Shown here: one piece after another, positions 10,765 to 20,000 of the stretch
Layout: each line of letters starts with the position of its first letter
How positions within the stretch are numbered: the stretch's first letter is position 1
NCBI GenBank assembly: GCA_010093995.1
Contig: ML992507.1
Coordinates: 1,419,637 to 1,439,636, forward strand
Length of the DNA: 20,000 bases
Origin: Elsinoe ampelina
Taxonomy: Eukaryota
Direction of reading: 5' to 3'
Program-made: the position numbers and the translations under genes
The notes under the pieces: model-generated
What the model saw: the letters and a program-made list of their open reading frames with translations, nothing else
Told to the model about the DNA's origin: nothing
Databases searched by the model: none

Positions 10765-12656
10765 TAAGTAATTAGCCTTTGCTAATTAATTAAGGATCTT
10801 ATTAGGAGACTTAGGCTTTATAAGTGCATTAGCTAATTACTAAGTTATATTAATATACTTAAGCTTAATTACTCTAAGTTCGTGCTACTCTTTATAGTAA
10901 TAATTCTTTAGATTAATATACTTAGATCTCCTTAAGTTAGTATAATTTCTTATAAGTTTAATAGCTAATTTATTATTAATAAAGACTATAGTTAGACTAA
11001 GGTAGATATTAGTAAGTAGTCTAAGTTTAATAATAAGGTTTCTTAACTAATTAATCTCTCTATAGGTCTTAGTAAGGGTAAGGTATTTAGCCTTAGTNNN
11101 NNNNNNNNNNNNNNNNNNNNNNNNNNNNNNNNNNNNNNNNNNNNNNNNNNNNNNNNNNNNNNNNNNNNNNNNNNNNNNNNNNNNNNNNNNNNNNNNNNNN
11201 NNNNNNNNNNNNNNNNNNNNNNNNNNNNNNNNNNNNNNNNNNNNNNNNNNNNNNNNNNNNNNNNNNNNNNNNNNNNNNNNNNNNNNNNNNNNNNNNNNNN
11301 NNNNNNNNNNNNNNNNNNNNNNCCTTTAAGCTTCTCCTTTAAGTAGTGTAATTACTTAATCTTAATTATGTCCTTAGTTCTATAAAGTTAAATACTAAGG
11401 AAGAGGTTTAAGTTTATAATCTTTATTAGAAACTTAAGATAAAGATCTTTAACTAGCTTATCTATATACTTCTACCTAGTAGTAATAATTCTAAAGTTAT
11501 TAATATATATAAGAACTATATAGTACTTATTAATAAAGAGATAAGCATTACTATAAAATTTATTAAAACTAAGTAATAGAAGTGCCTTAACTATAGCGTT
11601 ATACTAGAGGGTAGTAGCTTACTTAAGCCTATATAAGCCCTTTATAAGAACAATAAGCTTATTCTATTTACTAGGAATTAGTACGCCTTCTAGGTAAGAG
11701 ATATAGTTCTTAATATTAATATCTAGTCTAAGGAATATAGTAACTACATTAGCTATTATAATAACCTAGTTATAATAAAGAGTATATATAAGAATTACTC
11801 TTCTAGTTTTAGCTCTTAGTATTAGTATAAAGGTTCTAACAAAGTTAATGCCTACTCTTTAAGTAAAGCTCCTTATAGTTTAATAAGCCTTATATCTTTT
11901 AACTTTACTATTAGTAAGCCTCTTAGTCTTAAAGATCTATTTACCTATTATTAGCCTAACACTTCTTAGTGCCTATGATTTCTTAATAATTAAAAAGGTT
12001 TTAGAGTTAGTTAGAGCCTTCTACTCTGCCTCTATTATAGCTTACTAGTAATAACCTTTAGAAGAGGATAGTATATCTCTTACTATTTGTAGGTCTAGCT
12101 TAAAATTGACAGCTATAGATCTAATAATCTTACTATTATTAAGCTTCTTATAATTAATCTAGCGATGTATTTTAAGAGACCTTCTAATAGTTTCTTATAG
12201 TAAGAGAGATCTCTTTCTTTTACTAGTTAGAGGTTATATATTAAATAGTATAATAAGGAAGTTAATATCTTTATTCTATATATATATTAGTAGTTAATTA
12301 ATATTAACTATAGGATTAAAGGTTAAATATAGTTTACTAATAACTTTAGGTAGTAGTATTATAAGGTCTTCGCTCTTATAATTAGTAATAACAAGTTACT
12401 TCTCCTATTTATTAATAGGTTAAGGATCTAGTTTAGGATGTTAGTATTGCTCTCTCTATTCTTTAATAGGGGTAGATAATTGTTATTTATATCTAGGGAT
12501 TAAAGGGTAGTTAGATATTAGTTGTTTAGCTTAAGGTTATTTAGCCTAAGTAGTTTATAGATTCTTATAACTAAAGGGTAGTTAATTATAGCTATAGTCT
12601 TAATTATAATTACTACTAAATATCTACTCCCTCTAAAGCTATAAAGCCTTAGGTTA
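10765..12656 (-). pseudogene. pol: Copia pol relic: reverse transcriptase and RNase H
   Basis: De-RIPed motifs: WIFKTK (~11935), YKAR..F.Q..GIDF, DVVTAFL, LVKGLYGLKQA..LWY (~11600-11650), VLVYVDDF (~11495-11515), FVDNKSAI, RSKHIDLK, QLADALTKP (~10795-10825). Boundaries are approximate. Confidence 0.9.
11098..11322. other. Assembly gap (225 N)
   Basis: Run of N between the copia RT and RNase H segments. Confidence 1.
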
Positions 12657-12661
12657 TTATA

Positions 12662-12892
12662 TATTAGAGGTAGATTATATTAATACTAGTAAGTATATAT
12701 AATAATTAACTTATAGTAGTATAAGGATAGCTCTTAATTAGTAGTGCGAATAATACTTAAGGAAACTATCTTCCTCCGCTAGTGCGTAGTAAGATTAGAG
12801 CCTATATATATAGGCTATCTAAAGCTAGCTAGACCCTAGATCCTTACACCTAATTAGAAGCTTATACCTTATCCCTAAAGATCTCTATAATA
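12662..12892 (-). repeat. Gypsy 3' LTR, 231 bp
   Basis: Ungapped match to 19418-19648 with ~13 differences by eye, all transitions. Termini TATT...AATA are RIPed TGTT...AACA. Followed on + by TTACCTCCTTCTCT, the complement of the PPT AGAGAAGGAGGTAA. Confidence 0.96.
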
Positions 12893-13264
12893 TTACCTCC
12901 TTCTCTAAGCTAATGTCCTTAGCAGCTAGCCTCGATAAAAACCTATTAGCCTTTATAACTATTATAGGAAAAGAGTGTCTAGCATTGCTACTTTATCTAC
13001 TTATGTCTCTTATATAATTTTTGCATAGTCCGTATATAATTAGTAAGGTTATTGTAGCTTTATTGCTTCTAGAAAGGTAAGTAATATGCGCTTTATTTAG
13101 GCTTTATTTAGGATTTTTGCCTCCTAGGCCCTTAGTACTAGAACTGCCTTTGTTACGTAGGACAATAATAATAAATATAGCTAGAATATATTTCTACGAC
13201 GCGCCTATACTTCTTAACTTCCTTAATAATACTTATTACACATACTACACCTTCTTTGCCTATT

Positions 13265-14260
13265 ATAGTTGCCTTTAGTAGACTAATATACATTAGCTCT
13301 ACTACTCTTAGTTGTGCCTATAACTATGCTTTTCGCCGCCGAGTTACCTACGATATAACTACGCTCTATATGCCGACTTATATATACTACGTATATAAGA
13401 TTATAAAGTATAGTATAGTTTATAGTAGGCTAGACCTTAAGAGGTGTAACTACTATACTAGAGGTAATAGATCTTCCTACACTCTAGTAGGGACTTTACT
13501 AAGTAATACTCTCCTATAACATTACTAATACACTTAGGTACCTATTACGTTTAATAGTTACGTCGAGCGCGTATACTAGTTCTACAATACCTATATCTAG
13601 GCTATTAATACTAGTACCTTTCCTAGGAATAGGAGAAGCTAAGACTCTACTATCTAGCGTATAGGCTTAGCTCTTACGCGCGCCTAGCGTACCCTTACCT
13701 AGTAGCTTAAGCATTATAGGTATATTATAGCTCTTAGAGGAAATCCCTTAGAAATACTAACTAAGGTGCCTAAGTCTAGCTCTAATATAGAGAGGCTATA
13801 GCTGTTAGAGTAGAGGAGAATTACTAATGTCCTAAAATAGATAGCTGTTTAGTAGTTTAGCTATGTAAGTTTATACCCTACTTGCTTCTAGTTTATATAC
13901 TAATAGCTAGGATAGCCTAGTCCTCTTAGGTTTAGTAGTAGTGCTCCTAGTGGTAGGCCTTACCTACACTTTAGGCCTAGTAGTAGTCCTAGAGGTAGTA
14001 GTAGTAGTAGAGGTAGAGGTAATAGAGGTAGAGATAGAGGTAATAGTAGCGGGAGTAGTAGCGTAAGTTTATACCTACCTATTACCTACATCGTATACTA
14101 ATATCGTAGCTAGGGTAGTAGAGGTAGTAATAATAGTAATAGGGATAGAGATAGCCCTAATAGAGATAGAGAGGATAGGGAGAATAGAGATAATAAGGAT
14201 ATTAAGGAGTTTAGTAGTTTAAGTAATAAGAATACTAATAACTAGATAGACGTAGTATAA
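13265..14260 (+). pseudogene. RIP-mutated four-exon antisense accessory gene of the gypsy element: Zn2Cys6-like Cys motif, helical middle, Gly-rich/acidic tail (~280 aa); join(13265..13486,13538..13864,13916..14062,14114..14260)
   Basis: Three GT...AG introns of 51 nt with CTAAT branch-like motifs (13487-13537, 13865-13915, 14063-14113), all phase 0, give one continuous frame whose internal stops are all TAG/TAA. The start (ATA for ATG), stop and two of the acceptor sites are inferred. Confidence 0.72.
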
Positions 14261-14589
14261 TCGCTATTATATATTATGTTAATCACTTACTAATAGTATA
14301 GCTAGGATAAAGAGGATAACTTAGATATTGTTATTAATAAGAATAAGAATAATAAGTAGTTATTACGCTTATTGCTTATAGGTTAGCTATATAAAGCATA
14401 TATAGCATAGGTGTTTTTAGTATTATTCTTACGAAGATACTAGGCTAAAGAGCTATAGATAGAAATAGACAGTCTTAATCCTTAAGCTAATGTTCCTATT
14501 AAAGTTATAAAGCTAAAGTCTCTAGTGCTAAGTATCTTATTATAAGTATATAATAGTATTACTACGAGTTATCTACTATCTACTACTAA

Positions 14590-17500
14590 GTTACTTATTC
14601 TTCTCTTAACCCTAGCTATACTTACTACTTTCTCTAAACTCCCTTAATAAGTTATCTATCTCCTTAAAGTCCTCTTCCTTTATCTATAAGCTTTTAGTCT
14701 TATTATACCTTTCCTACTTAAGTAGATATTTCTTCTTCCCTACGTATATAGTATGCTCCGTAAGAATCTTCTCTATATACTAAACTTATTCTCTATCTTT
14801 TACTAGCTCTAGGGCCCTTATGTTTAGTAATTCTTCTCCTTCCCTAGGGTAAAAGAGCTCTAGAAGAGACACATAAAACACATCGTATATGCGATAAGAG
14901 CTTAGTAGCTATAGGCGATATACCTAAGAGTTAATTACTTCCTTAACATAAAATAGGCCTACGAATTTGTCTATTAGCTTCTTACTTAGGGCTTTAAGCT
15001 TAAGGTTCTTTATGTTTAGCTACACTAAGTCCTTTAGCTTAAACTTTATTAGGGTATACTTCTTGTTATAGTACCGGGTTTAATACTTAGCTACGGCCTT
15101 TAAGCGCTCTTAAAGATTTACTTATAGTACGTATATGTTTTACACTTGTCGTATAGCTACTAGTATCTCCCCCTCTAGCTGCCTATCCTTAGGCGAGTTA
15201 TAGAGGATTAGGTACTTTCCTAGGACAATAAAGAACAGAGTTTTCTTTGTTGCTATATATATTAAGTTATTATATACAAATTCGGCTATATAAAGCAAAT
15301 TCGGCTAGTCTTTAGAATGCTCTCTTATAAATACCTAAAGGTAGTGTTCGAGTGTCTAATTCTAGTATTCTATTTACTTATCGGTTTATAGATAGAAAGC
15401 TATACTTAACCTACGCTTTACCTATAGTTAATAGCAAATTTTAGTCTAGAACTAGCTTATAAAGAGAGATCCTCTATCTAACATAATTCCTTTCTATACA
15501 CTATATTTGCAAATTATATGCTTAAAGTAGACATCTATAAAGTCCTTTATAGTCTATATCTCCTTAGCTACAATATAGATTACTAGCTTTAATAATCTAT
15601 TATAGATTACTAAGATTACATTATATGTGCTACTATTATACATTATAGAGGGGAGCTTTATAATAAAGTCTAGTATAACTTCTTTAAAGATATTAGAAGG
15701 AATAGGTAGAGATAATAGCTTACTATATAGTATATGCCTTAGTACTTTTAACCTTTAGCACGTGCTATATGTCTTAATATACTTATACACTTCCTAATCT
15801 AATAATAGCTAGTAGTAGTATCTACTAATTAGATTATGCATTCTTATAGCGCTATAGTAGCTAGCTATATAAGAGTTATAATGTTAATATAAGATTTCTT
15901 GTCTTAGACTTAGTTTATTAGGAACATAGAGCCTGCCCTTATATATAAGAGTTCTATCTTTACGTTTATACTATGCTAGTAACTTCTTACTACTTTAGGT
16001 ACGCTCTTCCTACTCTAGATCGGCTATGCGCTTTAAAGCAAAAGCGTTCCTCTACTAAAGTATATAGATAGTCTATAATATTAAAGTATCCTCTACTAAT
16101 ATAAGTTCGCTAGTAATAAGTACTCTCGCTAGATAGCGTAGTATATATAGTATATATTCTATAGCACTAGTAGTTAGGCTAGATCTACGTTTATAGGTTA
16201 TAGGCTATTAACCTACAACCTCTAAGCTATGCTTAGGGGTAGAGCTAATTCCACTAACAAGTTACACCCTTGTAGTAACTAGATCTAATCCTAGTTTACT
16301 TACTAAGTTTAGCTTATGTTATAAGGTAGAGAGTAATCTTATAAGTGCGTAGTTCTCCTTAAAGTAGTCTACTCTTCTTAAGGGCCTATTAGCTAGATTT
16401 AACTTGCTAGGGCAGTGCTAGACTTCGAAGTTAAAGGCTTCTAGGTAGGACGCCTATTACGCCTAGCACGGGTTAAGCTTACTTATATCGCGTATGTCTT
16501 GTAGGTTATTATAGTCACTTAGAACTTGTATAGTATACTAAGTGCCCTTAAGGTAGTAACGCTACTACTTAAAGCAATAGATAATTACGTATAGTTCTTA
16601 GTTATATACCTCCTAGATACGCTCTACTCTCTAAAGCTTCTTAGAGATAAAGGCGACTAGGTGCCATTTCTCGTCTTTATATAGCTAGGAGAGAATACCT
16701 GCTACTATAAAGGTCGATATATCTATCTCTAGGCATATTAGTAGCTAGGGGTCGAAATGTTATAGTAAAGGCGCTTCTATAAAGCATACTTTAAGCTAAA
16801 CAAAGCTAGCTTCTATAGCTTCTAGCTATATAAAGGTAAATTGCTCCTTCTTTAAAAGATCTATTATAGGGGCTATTAGTTTTATATAATTCTAAATAAA
16901 TCTATAATAGAAGTTAGCAAAGCTAAGGAATAACTAAAGCTCCTTAACGCTAGTTAGTCGAGGCTATCTAGAGATAGTTACTACTTGCGTAGGATTAGCG
17001 TAGACACCTCGCATGTCTATAATAAACCCTAAGAAGAACATCTACTTTATAGTAAAGGTATACTTAGACAGGTTTACGAACAGTTTAGCCTGTCTTAACT
17101 GTTTAAGAATAGCGCTTACTACTCGCTAGTAGGTATCTAGATCTTTACTATAAGTGTAGATAAGAATATTATCTAGGTATACTATATATAGATAGTCTAC
17201 TAATCCTCTAAGAGTCTAGTTAATATAGGCCTAGAAGGTAGTAGGCGCGTTAGTAAGCCTAAAAGGCATAACTAGGTATTTAAAATAGCTATAACGTGTT
17301 CTAAAGGCAGTCTTCTACTTATCTCCTAGGCTAATATAGATTCTGTTATAAGCATCCTTTAGATCTAGAGTTATATAGTAATATACGCCTAATAGGTAGT
17401 CTAGCGTCTTACTAATTAAGGAGAGTAAGTAGTAATCCTTTATAGTAACAGAGTTAAGGCCTCTATAGTTAATATATAAACGAAGAGTGCTATTCTTCTT

Positions 17501-18322
17501 TAGCATAAATAGGATAGGTGCCTCTACTAGGCTTATACTATAACGAATTTAGCCCTTCTTAAGTGTATCTTCGAGGTATAATTATAGCACCTTAAGCTCT
17601 TATAAAGAGAGGTTATAGAGCAGGCTATAAGGTAGCTCCTTGCCTAGTAGAATAGGAATTTAATAATTCTCTTCTTTAGTAGTAGGTAGGATTTTAGTAG
17701 CATTAGTATTAAAGACGTCCCGGTAGTCTAATAATACGTCTAGCACTTAATTTTCCTAGGAGACACTAGCAATTTAGACATAGGTAATAACTTCCTTACC
17801 TTAAGAGTTACTATAAACCACGCCTAAGAAGTGTATATAGCTCTCCTCTTATTCTAGCTACTAGATTGTTACTATCTAGATACGTAACTTGTCTTTAATG
17901 CTCTAAGCCTAAGTCTACTATCTATAGTCTAGCTATATAGCTTCTCTTTATAAGAAGGAGTTACCTAAGAGTAGCTCTAGCCCTTCTTTGTCTACTCTAT
18001 AAGTAATAGTTTTAACCTAGTATATTACGCCTCGGTTGTTAGTAAGTACTACCTATATCTTATATATAGTATATATAGCTTTCCTCTCTAACTCTACCTA
18101 GGCTAGTTAAGGTAGGTTACTTAGTACTAAGTTAAGGTTTATCTTAATTGCTATATGCTAGCTAATAAGGCTAACCTCTACTTAAGAATCTAGAATAACT
18201 CCTACCTTATAGTTAACCCTAGTTGCTTCTATTATAATGTAGATATAATATATCCCTAGTAAAATATTAATAGCTCTATGCCTTATAGTTCCGGAGGTAA
18301 CTACGAGGCTCGGCCTTTTCCC
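14590..18322 (-). pseudogene. pol: Gypsy pol relic: protease, RT, RNase H, integrase, chromodomain
   Basis: De-RIPed motifs: ILDS (protease, ~18190), KK.GTLRLCVDYRGLN, LDLKDAYN, KTAFRT, MPFGLTNAPATFQ, VYLDDILI (~17165-17182), LETDAS..AGILSQ, WHPVAF.SKK, integrase CxxC (~15760), LDFI, SDRGSLF (~15470), PQTDGQTERQN (~15370), GPF (~14955), chromodomain VEKIL...KYLLKWEGY...SW (~14685-14785). The 3' end is approximate. Confidence 0.95.
18280..18322 (-). promoter_or_regulatory. Putative -1 programmed ribosomal frameshift signal between gag and pol
   Basis: Slippery heptamer G GGA AAA in the gag frame (18322-18316), a 6-nt spacer, then an 11-bp stem-loop (18309-18280). The RT frame is -1 relative to gag. 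Confidence 0.75.
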
Positions 18323-19377
18323 TAGACCTATCTTACGCGAGTAATAGGCTCCTTATTAGTGTCTAAGAGTTAGGCTTTCTTCCTACACTCGTTTACGTAG
18401 TAGCCTATCTTCTTATAGAAGTAGCATTTAACTCCCGACTTGTAGGAGGAGTCTTTCTTAGAGGCTAACCTCTCTTTATATTAATCCTCGCATTATAGCT
18501 TTTAGCTATATCTAGCTAAGTAATTGCGATAGTTCTATAGCTTGCCTATGCCCTATAGGTTATACTCTAGCGTAGATCCTAGAATAATAAGACCTTCTCT
18601 TATTAGAGGTATAGTATAGTAGTTTATAATTGCTTACTAAAGTTCAGAGCGGAGTTTTAAGAATAGGTACTATATATAGTACTCCTCTAAGTAGGGGGGT
18701 AGCTAGTTCTTAATTGTTTCTAAATAGGTAGCGAAGGCCCTAATACTCTATCTAGGAAGTTATAGCGTAGTAGTATACGTAGTAGTTGCTTCTAGGGTAC
18801 AATTAATAGAATTAGAGAGTATGTCTAGTAGAAAGGTCTTAAATTAGCTCTAGGTATACGATTTTATAAGTAGCTTATACTTTATATAAGAGTACTATAC
18901 TTCGTATAGGTCCTCTATAAGATACTAGCTTACCTAAGTAACCTTCTCTTGTTCTAACTAGAAGTTCTCTAGAGTAAGCTAGAAGGCTATCTTATAGCTC
19001 TAAGTAAATTCCTTATGTTTCCTTAGGTGTTTCTCTTTATATTCCCTAGGATCCTTTAGCCTTATACTACGCTTCGTACGTAAAGATTCTATATCTTAAG
19101 AGGTATAGCGCTTATAACTTTCAGCTGCTAATCTTATTTCTACATCGCTTTAGATCTTAATACTATCTAGATTTACTTCTCTCTTAAGGAGAGCAATTTG
19201 TTCCTTAATCTATTAGAGAGTCTATTCCTATAGGAGATAATCCCTTCGCTATTCTACGTTATAGATATGCTTCTCGAGCGAGGTAGTTACTACTAGCAGT
19301 TCTCCCGGAGTAGTTATAGAGGTTCCTATACTCTCCTTATTACTAATAGAGCCTAACTACGTCCTTGTAATAGCTAT
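18301..19377 (-). pseudogene. gag: Gypsy gag relic with C-terminal CCHC zinc knuckle
   Basis: De-RIPed C-Y-F-C-K-K-x-G-H-Y-x-N-E-C at ~18383-18427; the frame ends QGKGRAS-stop at 18301. The start is inferred from ATA at 19377, just inside the 5' LTR boundary region. Confidence 0.85.
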
Positions 19378-19417
19378 CCTTAGACTACTTTCTAAGTAAG
19401 GCAAGGAAGTATTATTA

Positions 19418-19648
19418 TATTAGGGGTAGATTATATTAATACTAGTAAGTATATATAATAATTAACTTATAGTAGTATAAGGATAGCTCTCGATTAGTAG
19501 TGCGAATAATACTTAAGGAAACTATCTTCCTCCGCTAGTGTATAGTAAGATTAGAGCCTATACGCATAGGCTATCTAAAGCTAGCTAGACTCTAGATCCT
19601 TATACCTAATTAGAAGCTTACACCTTATCCCTAAAGATCCCTATAACA
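19418..19648 (-). repeat. Gypsy 5' LTR, 231 bp
   Basis: Direct repeat of 12662-12892; begins TGTT on the minus strand (AACA ending at 19648); flanked by TSD TTATA. Confidence 0.96.
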
Positions 19649-19653
19649 TTATA

Positions 19654-20000
19654 CCTATAGAATATATAGCTATTTAATAACTTATATTACCTAGTCTTTA
19701 TAGACTATATTCTTATTAAATGTTATATAGAGTAATATAATAATCTTTCCCTTCTAGGCTTACTAAGTATAATACTAATAGAGTATCTAGATAAGGTAAT
19801 TAGTTGTTAAGTTGTTCTATATACTAATATACTAACTAAGTAGTACTCTAGCTTAGAATTTGTATAATTTAGAAACATATTAGTTATAGATATAGGCTCT
19901 ATAGCTAAAGCGTCTAATATAAGTTAATAAGACTAGCCTATTATTATTAAGAAGATTCTTTCTTAGCTCTTATATAGGGATCTTCTTAGTTTTAGTATAG
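19654..20000 (-). pseudogene. pol: Copia integrase C-terminal (SH3-like) relic, upstream continuation of the interrupted pol
   Basis: De-RIPed reading HIRRFGCRAYIH...KFQARALLG.YVG...NYLIW...HVTFDEN is typical of the region following the copia integrase core. Confidence 0.85.

Larger units (their letters stand above)
12662..19648 (-). mobile_element. Full-length (6987 bp) RIP-inactivated Ty3/gypsy chromovirus-type LTR retrotransposon nested in the copia element
   Basis: Two 231-bp direct LTRs, 5-bp TSD TTATA (12657-12661 and 19649-19653), gag with CCHC knuckle, pol in PR-RT-RH-IN-chromodomain order, and a PPT next to the 3' LTR. Confidence 0.96.
8815..20000 (-). mobile_element. RIP-inactivated Ty1/copia LTR retrotransposon (3' part), split by the gypsy insertion at 12657-19653; 5' end lies beyond the window
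   Basis: Minus-strand order is integrase C-terminus (20000-19654), RT, RNase H, polypurine tract, LTR. This IN-RT-RH order is diagnostic of copia. Confidence 0.9.

Noticed and set aside
13256..13519. 87-aa Tyr/Ile-rich ORF as an intact small protein
   Set aside because: Its composition is a RIP artefact; it is exon 1 of the relic antisense gene plus read-through into intron 1.
13975..14250. AGT/AGAGGT/AGAGAT repeats as a microsatellite or CRISPR-like array
   Set aside because: Best explained as RIP-converted GGT/GGA/GAT codons of Gly/Asp-rich exons; there is no repeat-spacer structure.
12893..14590. env-like third ORF in the gypsy element
   Set aside because: The coding signal is on the antisense strand and spliced, with no signal peptide or transmembrane pattern.
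17315..17506. 63-aa ORF as a functional gene
   Set aside because: A stop-free fragment of the RIPed gypsy reverse transcriptase.
8915..20000. Abundant in-frame TAG/TAA suggesting an alternative genetic code, or organellar/contaminant AT-rich DNA
   Set aside because: Stops fall at Gln/Trp positions alongside Cys-to-Tyr, Asp-to-Asn and Gly-to-Ser changes in catalytic motifs, which is the signature of RIP.

Overview
Fungal (Pezizomycotina, probably Dothideomycete; inferred from gene style and the RIP pattern) window with two sharply different parts. 1-8.8 kb is gene-rich with ordinary GC content and holds three + strand genes: TFIIH subunit SSL1 (670-2037), a 3-exon GIS2/CNBP seven-zinc-knuckle gene (2963-3711) and an intronless 1029-aa dynamin-superfamily GTPase (5215-8304). 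8.8-20 kb is AT-rich, heavily RIP-mutated nested retrotransposon DNA. A minus-strand Ty1/copia element (142-bp 3' LTR at 8815-8956, RNase H, RT, integrase C-terminus running off the window) is interrupted by a structurally complete 6987-bp minus-strand Ty3/gypsy chromovirus (231-bp LTRs at 12662-12892 and 19418-19648, TTATA target-site duplication). The main observation came from reverting RIP by eye. Both unrelated retroelements carry an extra Cys-rich gene antisense to gag-pol, between pol and the 3' LTR. The gypsy gene has four exons, three 51-nt introns, a Zn2Cys6-like motif and a Gly/acidic tail (~13265-14260). The copia gene is a ~396-codon DUF3716-like ORF (~9325-10515). All protein readings in the RIP region are reconstructions, not intact ORFs.
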